Positions 1 through 10,468 of a stretch of 20,000 nucleotides of DNA are shown piece by piece (position 1 is the stretch's first letter; every line of letters begins with the position of its first letter). This DNA is from Rotaria socialis (taxonomy: Eukaryota), in the NCBI GenBank assembly GCA_905331295.1, contig CAJNYD010000065.1, forward strand, positions 174,709 through 194,708. The letters run 5' to 3'. The position numbers were made by a program, and so were the translations under genes. Below the pieces are notes generated by a model. That model made no database searches. It had not been told where the DNA came from and saw only the letters and a program-made list of their open reading frames with translations.

Positions 1-669
1 TGGCATATGATTGATAATATTCTTCTTCAAGTCATTCCCATCTATAAATCTATGAATATGATCGTGTGCAAGATATAAAGAAATACTCTCTAAATTCGGC
101 ATTCGATGCAGAAGTGGTATAATTAATTCATCGTAATAGTTCTGTTCTAATTGACAGGTCAGTGAGAAACATCTCAAATTAGGTAATTCTTCCTAAAAAA
201 AGCAATATTTAATGATGAATATTCATATGAAACATTTGAATAATTCATTGAAAAAAAAACAATACTTGTTTAAATAATAATTGTTGTATTCATGCAAAAT
301 AATTTACCTTGTTGCCGATCATTGCTGATGTAGGAAAAATGAACCCTATATTAACATATAAAACGCGAAGTTTATTGAATCGACCATCAAGGAGATAAAG
401 ACAATCATTTGAGTTTTCCAAATTGATGTGTAATTCCATCAGAGTTGAAGAGAAAAATGTCGAAAGTTCATCATTAAATGAAAATCGCGAAAAATACATA
501 TAATCAGGTGAATATATATTCAAATAGCGTAGATTGGTAAATACAGTAAAGACACGTGCGCAAACAGCTGTTATCGTATCTTCTGTTAGTCGTTTTCTTC
601 CTATGTCCGGAATTGTAACAACCAAACTCCAAATCTGATTTTCGTTAATACGACTGAGTGGAGTTTTAT
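1..669 (-). CDS. F-box/LRR-like family paralog, exons 2-3 only (exon 669-308, intron 307-193, exon 192-<1); runs off the window; F-box-encoding exon 1 not found
   Basis: Exon 669-308 gives ...FFSSTLMELHINLENSNDCLYLLDGRFNKLRVLYVNI...NK. After a GT..AG intron the frame continues EELPNLRCFSLTC...IIPLLHRMPNLESISLYL...FIDGNDLKKNIINHMP. Motifs and intron positions/phases match the gene at 5665-7326 (DCLYLLDGRF, PLLRRMSNLEELSL, YIDG). Confidence 0.8.
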
Positions 670-1388
670 CTAAACATATATACAAACCTATTGACAAAAA
701 AAAACATCGATTCTTCTATTGGCTTTAAAGAACCCTACATTGTACATATATGTTCTTTCTCAGAATTGAAAAATAATTCGAAGAAAATTGAAAATACTCT
801 TAGCGCCATACTCCAATTGACTGTACTATCTAGCTCTACTTCAAGTTTTCTTTAATATAAACTTACCATAAAATCAATTTCTGAAAAAAGTAATTGTTTA
901 TGCTGATAGAAGGTCATGTTATCTATGATTTTACATTTAGTAATCTTTTGACTTCCAAATAATTTGAATATTGAGATGTTAAACACATTCATGGCGATTC
1001 AATTTTCTTTAAAAATACCTTTCAGAGATTCATTTTCGTGTACATCTACCTTCTGATAAACGCACTTATTGGTTTTTTTTGGTACATGTTACCAGTTCTT
1101 TTGCTCTTTTTGTTTACATTTTTGCATAGACAATCCGTTTTCACTTCAAACAGAATAATTACTCAAGCTTGGTTTTTCTCTCTTTTATACTGAGCAGTAG
1201 GAACGAGATCAACGAAATGCGGTTTCGATTTTTTTCTTTTGTATTCTTTTGTAATGTTATTTTTTACTCTTCTCTCGCGTTCATAAAAACAGATGCATTT
1301 TGCGATGCATTATTTCAGTGTGAATCACTTGTATCTTTTCTACAATCGTACATATAACGTGTACAATATGCATATAGATCTCTTCTTT

Positions 1389-1787
1389 CTAAAACCTAGC
1401 CCGAGACAACAATGAGCAAGTCGTTTGAAGTGTAAAATTGCGGATCACAAGCTCAAAGAAAAAGACGGACCTGCTAGCGATGTACGAAGACGCTGTGCTG
1501 ACGGCTATAAAACTAGGCAACAACAACGAACAGAAGCAAGTGACATAGCAGCGAAGAGAATAAAAACTTTCTGTTCTGATTGTGACAAATACTTTTGTCT
1601 TGATTGTTTCGATGAAAAACATTACTCAATATAATAAAGGATTCGAATACTGAACAAGACGAAGTAAATAAGGGAACGTGTGACACCCACTACATAGAAA
1701 AAAAAGAAAAAGCAACTGTCTTTTGTTATTTTTCTTATAAAATATACCGGGAGCCATCGATAGCTTACATCTCTGCGAATGTGTTAA
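1389..1787 (+). mobile_element. piggyBac transposon 3' remnant: C-terminal Cys-rich domain, 3' terminus and TTAA target site
   Basis: ORF 1425-1634 reads RRRCADGY...KRIKTFCSDCDKYFCLDCFDEKH, resembling the piggyBac C-terminal zinc-binding domain, with the second Cys of the first CxxC replaced by G. About 150 nt downstream: a near-palindrome GAGCCATCGATAGCTT, then ...GCGAATGTG|TTAA (terminus 1783, TTAA 1784-1787). No catalytic core upstream. Confidence 0.75.
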
Positions 1788-1915
1788 ATAGCACACACAT
1801 ATCTTACTAGTATCATATGTCTTCGAGTCAATTTCCAAAATATCGTCATCAATTCAGATGATACTATTTTTATAACAAGCCATTCAAACTTGCACACTGT
1901 AACATAATTGAAATC

Positions 1916-2168
1916 TAACGGGTGGGCCATAAATAATGATGGTCTCCGTATTTCTGGAATATCTCCGCCAATTTTCATTCGTTAGATCTAATTTTTTTTT
2001 GAACGATGAGTCATTTGATTCTCTACAAAAGTGGGTATTTGCTGTTGCGTTCGAATAGATCAGTTTCATTCGCGAAAATGAAAAATAAAGATATACAAAA
2101 ACTTGTACTTTCAAAGTACGAAAATGGTGATGGACCGACAAAGATTTTTCGAGATCTCAACGGTACGC
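1916..2168 (+). mobile_element. Tc1/mariner-superfamily transposon 5' end (left TIR and transposase N-terminus), cut by assembly gap
   Basis: TA (1916-1917) is followed by ACGGGTGGGCCATAAATAATG, similar to CAGGGTGGGCC-type mariner/maT termini. ATG at 2078 opens MKNKDIQKLVLSKYENGDGPTKIFRDLNG, resembling the N-terminal HTH of Tc1/mariner transposases. N-run starts at 2169. Confidence 0.7.
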
Positions 2169-2268
2169 NNNNNNNNNNNNNNNNNNNNNNNNNNNNNNNN
2201 NNNNNNNNNNNNNNNNNNNNNNNNNNNNNNNNNNNNNNNNNNNNNNNNNNNNNNNNNNNNNNNNNNNN
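2169..2268. other. Assembly gap (exactly 100 N, probably unsized)
   Basis: Run of N. Confidence 0.98.
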
Positions 2269-3470
2269 AACCTAAATATTTAATTTCCTTCACCCATTCT
2301 ATTTTGTTATTTCCGCATTTCAATGCTATATCTGGATAGCCGATCGCTCTAGCAGAAAACAGTGCTTGCGTTTTGTTGTAATTAATCGGCTGTGCTGTTA
2401 GCGTGCAATAGTATTTCAAGTCTTTGAAAAAACTTGAGAGTTTTTTTTCAAGTTCAAGACATTGCAATGAATATTTTAACCCGATACCACCACCCATTAT
2501 CGCCGCAAGGTCACCTGTGAAATGGTGACTTAAACAGCAATTTAGAGTTTCTGTAAGATCGCTATGATAAGTAATAAACAGCAACGGTGTAAATATTGAG
2601 CCTTGAGGTCCTCCTTTGCGTATGCGAAACCACTTCGAGCGTTCACCTTTTATTGCAATAAAAGCCCTCCTGTTCATCAACCAATTCTCTATCCAGATCA
2701 AGTACTTTCTTGGAATTCCCATTCTTTTCAGCTTTCCAATACATCCCCGAAACCATAATTGATCGAAAGCACTCCGAAAATCCACAAATATCGTTCCCAC
2801 TGGTGAACTATTTGCCATCAAACTTGAAATATGTTCGAAAAACAACAATACTCTTGTTTGTAGTCTGAATTTTGGACGAAAGCCACTTTGTGTATCTGGA
2901 AGAAGACCTCTTCTGTTCACGATGTTCATAAATCTAGTTTGGAACAATTTTTCGTTAACTTTGAGAAAGACGTCGAGTAATGATATAGGACGCGTCAATC
3001 CTGGGTTACATATAGGATCTTTTTTTGCTAGAAGTAGCATTCTACTATCTTTCCATCTATCTGGCATCGTTCCTTCAGAGAAAGAATGATTAAATATTTC
3101 CACGAGAAGCGACCAGTACGACAATGGGAGAAAATTGAAGGTGAAGTTTGATAAACCATGTGCATCTATTGACTTCTTCTTTTTGCGAGAATTGACGATA
3201 TCAATAACCTCTTCGGTTGTGCATAATGGAATTTCTTCATCAAAGTTTTCCCATTGAAGATCAGGACTATCAGTATATGGATGTGGTCGAAATATTTCGG
3301 ATTCACTGAAGAATTCTTCATAATGTTTGCACGCTTCTTCACACATTTTCGGACCGTCCTTGATGACCGTCCCATCGTTGAGCATAAATCCATGTAAGGA
3401 TGACGACGCAGATTTCATACATTTTTTAGCTCTAGACCAGAACACAATTGATCTTGGTGTTGAACTGTTC
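2269..3470 (-). mobile_element. Non-LTR retrotransposon (LINE, probably jockey/I-group-like) ORF2 fragment with reverse transcriptase domain; lacks endonuclease and ORF1; catalytic motif mutated
   Basis: Open frame with non-LTR RT motifs: RPISLL, QSGFRP, FVDFRSAFD, WIENWLMNR, GGPQGS..PLLF, KYLG. The YADD-box position reads HFTGDLA. The 3' end is lost in the gap. Confidence 0.93.
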
Positions 3471-3554
3471 AGTTCAGTTACTGTGAGAGAGACATAATTT
3501 AATAAGAACACTTTTTTTTTAATATTTTGATCTTTCTAAGACATTCAAGACATT

Positions 3555-3615
3555 CAAATTTCATTCGGTTAATTTCGGTTCGGCTCGGAAAAAACACGAA
3601 TCGATCCCAGCACTG
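3555..3615 (-). mobile_element. Probable hAT-like DNA transposon/MITE terminus
   Basis: Minus strand from 3615 reads CAGTGCTGGGATCGATTCGTG...CCGAGCCGAACCGAAATTAACCGAATG: a CAGTG-type terminus followed by short subterminal CCGA/ACCGAA repeats. No partner end seen. Confidence 0.5.
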
Positions 3616-3917
3616 TTCTCTACAATATCAATGAAAATCATAATAGAAACTAATCAGCTTCGTTGCTCTTATTAAAGTTATAATACAAATAGTTTTTTGT
3701 TGTTCTGATGTTTTATTTCTTCATTCTTACAAAGGAAAATGATGATGAAAAGATATCGAATGATTTCAACTTCTATTGTCATTATTATTGTTTAATAGAG
3801 GATAGTATCTCTCGAATCTACATTACAGTTAGATACATTTTCCAAAATCAAAGTTAATTAATAATAAATAAATTTTACATATAATTTGAATAATTCAGTC
3901 AAATAGACTAATTTCTT

Positions 3918-4260
3918 GACGTTGGGGAAGTTAGCACAAGATTCGAGCTTTTCCAGCCCGGATTCGCCTATATGGTTGTGTTGAACTTCATTTTCGTTGT
4001 GTTGGATGCAGAATTTTGAGCTGAATCGAATGGTGTAATTTTTAAAGGGGGTTGCCGATCAAAATCTGGCGCTTTACCTGGAAATACTGCTTTTTCTGAA
4101 AATCTTATAGAAGTAATTCCAGCCCGGATTCGCTGCTGTAGCTGTGTTGGTTCTGAAAATGGTTGTGTTGAATTCAGAATGAAATTCTACATCGAATGAT
4201 GCTAAACTTGTATGGGGTCATCGATCGAAAAATTTCTGGTCTCACCCAAGTCATCCCTCT
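3918..4260. repeat. Diverged direct repeat (period 166 bp), probable satellite or non-autonomous element, abutting a gap
   Basis: TTCCAGCCCGGATTCGC is identical at 3951 and 4117, followed by colinear GTTGTGTTG, ATCGAATG, GGGGT and CGATC blocks. GC content is higher than the flanks. Confidence 0.85.
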
Positions 4261-5113
4261 NNNNNNNNNNNNNNNNNNNNNNNNNNNNNNNNNNNNNNNN
4301 NNNNNNNNNNNNNNNNNNNNNNNNNNNNNNNNNNNNNNNNNNNNNNNNNNNNNNNNNNNNNNNNNNNNNNNNNNNNNNNNNNNNNNNNNNNNNNNNNNNN
4401 NNNNNNNNNNNNNNNNNNNNNNNNNNNNNNNNNNNNNNNNNNNNNNNNNNNNNNNNNNNNNNNNNNNNNNNNNNNNNNNNNNNNNNNNNNNNNNNNNNNN
4501 NNNNNNNNNNNNNNNNNNNNNNNNNNNNNNNNNNNNNNNNNNNNNNNNNNNNNNNNNNNNNNNNNNNNNNNNNNNNNNNNNNNNNNNNNNNNNNNNNNNN
4601 NNNNNNNNNNNNNNNNNNNNNNNNNNNNNNNNNNNNNNNNNNNNNNNNNNNNNNNNNNNNNNNNNNNNNNNNNNNNNNNNNNNNNNNNNNNNNNNNNNNN
4701 NNNNNNNNNNNNNNNNNNNNNNNNNNNNNNNNNNNNNNNNNNNNNNNNNNNNNNNNNNNNNNNNNNNNNNNNNNNNNNNNNNNNNNNNNNNNNNNNNNNN
4801 NNNNNNNNNNNNNNNNNNNNNNNNNNNNNNNNNNNNNNNNNNNNNNNNNNNNNNNNNNNNNNNNNNNNNNNNNNNNNNNNNNNNNNNNNNNNNNNNNNNN
4901 NNNNNNNNNNNNNNNNNNNNNNNNNNNNNNNNNNNNNNNNNNNNNNNNNNNNNNNNNNNNNNNNNNNNNNNNNNNNNNNNNNNNNNNNNNNNNNNNNNNN
5001 NNNNNNNNNNNNNNNNNNNNNNNNNNNNNNNNNNNNNNNNNNNNNNNNNNNNNNNNNNNNNNNNNNNNNNNNNNNNNNNNNNNNNNNNNNNNNNNNNNNN
5101 NNNNNNNNNNNNN
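4261..5113. other. Assembly gap (853 N)
   Basis: Run of N. Confidence 0.98.
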
Positions 5114-5664
5114 TTTTTTAATATTTTTTTAAACTAACTTGTTTCTATCACTTATCGTCATTCCTAGCTCATCTATACTCTTTCAATTAATTGATAAGTA
5201 CTTCTCAATTATAGATTACGTTCAAATTAATTAGATAAGTCGATTAATTGATTGATAATCATTTGTTAAAATTGATAATATGTTAAATTAAAAGATAGAA
5301 CATCTTTTAATTCAGACATGTAATTGATTTAAAAGATGTTTGACTACAAAATTAGATCAAACATTTTTTTAAAAGGTGTTGTTTCACCGAATTAGATACT
5401 ACTGTATTAATTTAGATATGGATTGCTATATTTTTAGATATTACATTAAATGCATGCCATTCTAATTTCCATTTATATTAAAAGTGAGAAAAATTTCAGG
5501 CTGAAAAATAACATATGGCATTAATTATCACATAAATAACTGAGACTGAATTTTATTCTTCTCGCCGACGGCAGCGAGCATAATAATAAACACATAAATA
5601 CGGAAAGATAGAGACAGAGACAGTCGAAGATGAAGTTCAATCATTGACTGTAAACATTTAAAAT

Positions 5665-7326
5665 ATGGATTGTACTAGTATAGTTCAACTACCAAATGAA
5701 ATCTTACTTTATATTTTCAATAAACTGAATGTAATCGACGTATTTTATTCATTGGTTGGAGTAAATCAACGATTTGATCAATTAATATTCGATTTTCTCG
5801 ATATTGATAATATTCCAAGTATTTTTCATCAAAAATATATTAATGGTAAGTCTCAGCACGATTATATTCTCGATAAAATTTGTTTAAAAATTTTACCTCG
5901 AATAAATACGAAAATAAGAAAACTCACTATTGATCCATATTCTCTGAAACGTATGGTGAATGCCATTGATTTTCCTCAATTATATTCACTATCATTGCTC
6001 GGTTATCAAATAGATACTATTTCAAGCGATCTAATTAGTAAGATAATAAATTTCATATTTTCTTTTTTACATAATTTATATTTTAGATGGTCCAATATCT
6101 GATCTTCTGATGAATAAAATTACTCATTTAACTATAGATCTTAATATTAAGAAAGAAATCACTCGTGAAAATAGCCCGATGATATTTGAAGCAATATTAT
6201 TTTTTGGTAAATATTTAACTGATTTAAAATTTTATCAAGTATCTTCTGAAAGTAATTTAACATTTTTCTCTTGGAATAATCAAAATAAAGAATGTTTATC
6301 TTCAACTCTTAATAATTTATCAATATACGTTAGTAACTTCGATGATTGTCTTTATCTTCTTGATGGACGTTTTCAATCATTATCAAAGTTAGTTATTCGT
6401 ATTGAAATGATAACTCGTTCATTATCAAATATAAATAAAAAGGTAAATTTATTAAATTTATCTTTTAAATATTAAAACGATATTATTTTCTTTAGGAAAA
6501 ATTAATTAAATTAAAATCTTTTTCATTAATATGCGAACAATGTACATGTTCTTATGAATCATCAATTGTTCCGTTATTGCGTCGTATGTCAAATCTTGAA
6601 GAATTATCATTACAAATTTCTGTAAGAAGACTTCGATCAACTTATATTGATGGTTATCAATTATTTAATGATTTTCTTAAATATTTGACAAAATTAAATA
6701 AATTTAATTTTAATATACATAGTTATATAATTAGTGGTATAGAGAATAATATTCTCAGTAATAATGATATTCGAAATAGTTTTATTAATATTGGATATAA
6801 ATCTATTGATATATGTGCAGATGAAAAACTCACCGATTATAGAGCAAATTGTCATGTTTATTCTCTTCCATATTTATTTGATGAATTTTTATTTATGAGT
6901 AATTGTTTTCAAGGTGGAAAATTTAATAATGTTAAAATATTATTCATGGTTGATAGAATTCCGTTTGAAAATAAATTATTCAAAATTATTTCTCAAGATT
7001 TTACTAATCTTAAAACATTAATTATACATAATTTAGAATCACAAGAAAGTCAAGAATGTTCATCAGCATTAATTACATTTAATAATTTAATTACACTCAA
7101 TATTATAGATGCACATTCAGACTATGCTATACAATTTCTCAATGAAAACATAACTTATTTACCATCTTTAGAAAAACTTATTACTACATATGATACATTA
7201 ACACACATAACAGGTTATTTTACGAATGACGAAACACGACGAAATTGTACGAAAATAAAATATTTAAGAACAGATATATCATTTGTTCGGCCAAAAAACT
7301 TTAATTCATATTTTCCTTCAATGTAA
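5665..7326 (+). CDS. F-box domain protein with LRR-like C-terminal region; exons 5665-6037, 6087-6442, 6496-7326; 519 aa
   Basis: N-terminal F-box-like motif IVQLPNEILLYIFNKLNVIDVFYSLVGVNQRFDQL. Two GT-AG introns (49 and 53 nt) join the three ORF-track frames without stops. Leucine-periodic repeats (LSKLVIRI, LEELSLQI, LKTLIIHN, LEKLIT). Confidence 0.9.
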
Positions 7327-7549
7327 ATTTTTGTTTTCTAATATTAAATGCAAAACAATATTTTTCTTTATTACTTCTATAATATATTAGTTTTTGGATG
7401 AAATCTAACCAACTAATGCAGATCTTTTTAATTAATTTAATATATAAATGTTATCTACAAAATGGTATTTAATTAAAAAAGGTTAAAATTTGAATATGAA
7501 AAAAAAGGTTCTTATATAAAATTGGATTGAAAATCTTCGGACAGTCACA

Positions 7550-10468
7550 TCATGTTGTTGTAGATGAAGACAATTTCTTCTTCTTATTTGATCGATCTCT
7601 ATTGGCTGATATGGATTTAGCTAAATTGGCTTCAAGTCTTGAACGCATTAGACGATAAATAAGAGCTGATTTAGTTAGTGGTTCTATTGAATCTTGCTGA
7701 GAATTATAATCATCATATTCCCATGGATGCGTTCGATGAACTATTTCTTTAATTATTGAAGGTTTTTCAGGTAATAAACTATGACCACGTAATGTTGCGG
7801 AATGTGAACGATTTTTATTTGATTTCTGTAAATTTGCCGATAAATTAGATGATTGAATATCAACACCAGTAGCTGTTATGGATGATGATTCAGATGAATT
7901 TGCCGATGAACAATTTGATGATTTTTCAATTTGATTATTTCTTTCATTGCCGTTTTCATCATCTTTGTCTTTGTCTTTTTGTTGTTGTTGTCTTTGTTTC
8001 AGCCAAGTTCCTGATATTAAAAAAATCAAAAAACGAATCAAAATTCTAAGGTAACAAACCAAGTGTTTTTGTGTCCACAACAGTAAGTTGTCTTCCAGTA
8101 ACTAGCCAATTATGATCTTTTTGATAAGAAGAAGTTGATGCAACTGCCCCGTGTCCCTATGTTTGAACTGTTTGAATATGCTTTGTAGGAGTTGAAGATT
8201 TCGAAACAAGTACGAGAGCTTTAGGTCCTCCGATTGCCAAGCGATCTTTTTGTGTTCGATCTAAATTTTTCCATTCTTCAGCAATGACAGTTGCTGGTTT
8301 CAAGATTTCAAAGTTTGTTTTATATCTCTGAATAGTTTGATATCTCATCACCATTGTTTCATTAGATGAAGGATTAACTGCTGGAAATGAATGATTTGTT
8401 GTTGTTAATGGGGATAATAACGAATCTGATGAACGATTTACTTTTGGACGATCGATATTGGAACGACTTGTACTCGATATAATATATTTTTGTGTTGCAG
8501 TTATTGACTGTTGTTGTTGCTGTTGTTGTTCATTTGCTTTATGGAAGCTTTTTGGAGAATTCGGTGGAGAACTATTCGAATTTGCTTTAGGCACTGGCAC
8601 TATTGGTGGAGCAACAATGGGAGCAGGCTTTCGAACATTGGGCGAAGATGATGTTGCTCGCCTTTGTTCAATATAAGGTAACGAACCTTTTCGTTCTAAT
8701 TCATTATAAATGCATTTATATCCTTTTAAAGATTTTATTGGAAAAATTTTTTGTCCATGACGAATTTTATCAAAGCATTCAATTGATAATACTTTTTTTT
8801 TGTTTTCAAGAAAAGAAATATAAAGTATAATAAAGAAATATAAGAAGAAGACGAAAACTTACAAATAGATTCTTTAACAACAGGTGGAATAGCTTGAACA
8901 AGTGTATTTGTATTTGTTGTTAATGCTGGATTAACATTTATTTCAATTAGCCAAACTTTCATATCTTGATCAATCATAAAATCATAACCATACAGACCAA
9001 AGCAGCCAACACGTCTTTTTAATCTCATACGAATACTTTCAATTACATTTAACATAATGCGTTGAATGATTTTCTTCAGAAAAAAATTCATTTAATTTTT
9101 CTTTTCAAAATTCCTTAATGAAATATTTTAACTTACTGGCAAAACATTTAAAACCCAATCTTGTTCAAGATTTTTATTTGATGCCACATTTTTATTAATA
9201 TAATCACTAAATATATAAATAAAATAAAATAAAATCGAATGAATATATTTAAATAAGCATACTTGAATTGTTCCATCGTCCATGCTGTTTCTTCTTTGAC
9301 ATCATAATATTTCGGATCTTTTTTTTGCATATACTAATTATTTAATTAAATAAATAAATAGAAACAAATAAAAGTTTTCTAATGAAATTTTTCTTAAGAA
9401 AACAAAACCTGATTAGTCAAATGTGTAAGAAGATTTTCATCTTTATTATCAAAATCAAACATGGAAAGTCTAAGATAACCGGAATGATAGAAAATGAGTA
9501 GTGGTTTAACACTCGATATAAGCATATAACATCGAATATCAAATTTTTTTCCATGTACTAACAATGGATTCATAATATAACTATTGAATGAAAAAAACAT
9601 TTTGTTTTTTATTTTCTTAATTGAAATTATAAATCAAAAAAACAAACCGTTGAATAACTCTTTTCATTGGTTTAATTGATATTTGTTTTTTCTTATCCAT
9701 AGCATCAATTTCAGCAAATTTACTTTTCAAACCTTCAATATCTCGAACAAGATAAATTCCTTTTCCTATTTTAAAATAAAAAACAAAACAAATAAGAAAG
9801 AATTTCTTTCAATATTAATTAAAAAACCTTGATTAAGTCCGCTTGGTTTACAAATCCAAACATCACCAGCTGTAAAGGAAAAAAAAATGATATATTTAAA
9901 ATAAACCAGTAGAATTCAAATCAACAAACGTTTATGTGTATTAAAAAATGCGTCTCGATCATTTTTCTCATCTAATTTAAATGTTTCTGGAACAAATTGA
10001 TTGAGGGATAAAAATTGTTGTGAACGTTTTTGCATTGTCATTGAAATTTTTTCATATGTTTGTAATGATTGCCATAATTGTAATTTAGTTGTAAAATAAT
10101 CTTCTCCTTGAATATGATTAACCATTTGTTCGCCATCTTTAAATACATTCCAGTTAACACTTTGATTACATTGAACCCATTTGAATTTAAAATCATCTGT
10201 TCTTTCTGATTGACGTTCATATCCAATCGATGTTAAAATGCTTTCAATTCTATTCAAACAGTTAATTTTTTGATCTTTTATAGAAAAATCGATTAGCTTA
10301 CAATTCTGCATTATTTCCAGCGCCAATATAACATTTAGGTTGAGGTTCGGAATAAAGAGTATTTTCTTTTTGAAGTTCATTTTTTTTTGAATGGTTTGAT
10401 GTTTTTGTCTCAGGTAAAGAGACATTGGGATGATCAGATGTTGATGGTGAATGATGTTCTTCAGCCAT
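7550..10468 (-). CDS. TTLL10: Tubulin-tyrosine ligase-like protein, polyglycylase TTLL10-like; exons 10468-10302, 10249-9930, 9869-9828, 9765-9648, 9580-9409, 9333-9263, 9206-9137, 9073-8863, 8791-8214, 8156-8060, 8010-7550 (768 aa if intron 8213-8157 is real)
   Basis: Spliced translation gives YIGAGNNAEL, WICKPSGLNQGKGIYL, RVIQRYIMNPLLVHGKKFDIR, HLTNQYMQKKDPKY..KEETAWTMEQF, GCFGLYGYDFMIDQDMKVWLIEINVNPAL. These TTL-domain motifs are closest to what I recall of TTLL10 (NQGKGI, HLTNQFMQKK, TVWSME). All introns are GT-AG with consistent phases. The 3' structure is less certain. Confidence 0.88.

Noticed and set aside
2006..2339. ORFs spanning the first gap, including an apparent RT extension antisense to the mariner fragment
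   Set aside because: Joined only through 100 N of unknown true length; no evidence of a fused RT-transposase element.
2269..3511. RT as a retron, group II intron, DGR, telomerase or Penelope/Athena-type enzyme
   Set aside because: Motifs (RPISLL, QSGFR, PQGS..PLLF, KYLG) and the upstream linker region are those of non-LTR ORF2, and the context is a eukaryotic intron-rich locus.
3918..4260. CRISPR-like array
   Set aside because: Only two diverged long units, similar throughout, with no unique spacers or cas genes; eukaryotic context.
4196..5137. Two long ORFs (313 and 306 aa) in the ORF track
   Set aside because: Artefacts of translating through the N gap.
8458..8676. Poly-Cys ORF on the plus strand
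   Set aside because: Antisense shadow of the CAA/CAG poly-Gln tract in TTLL10.
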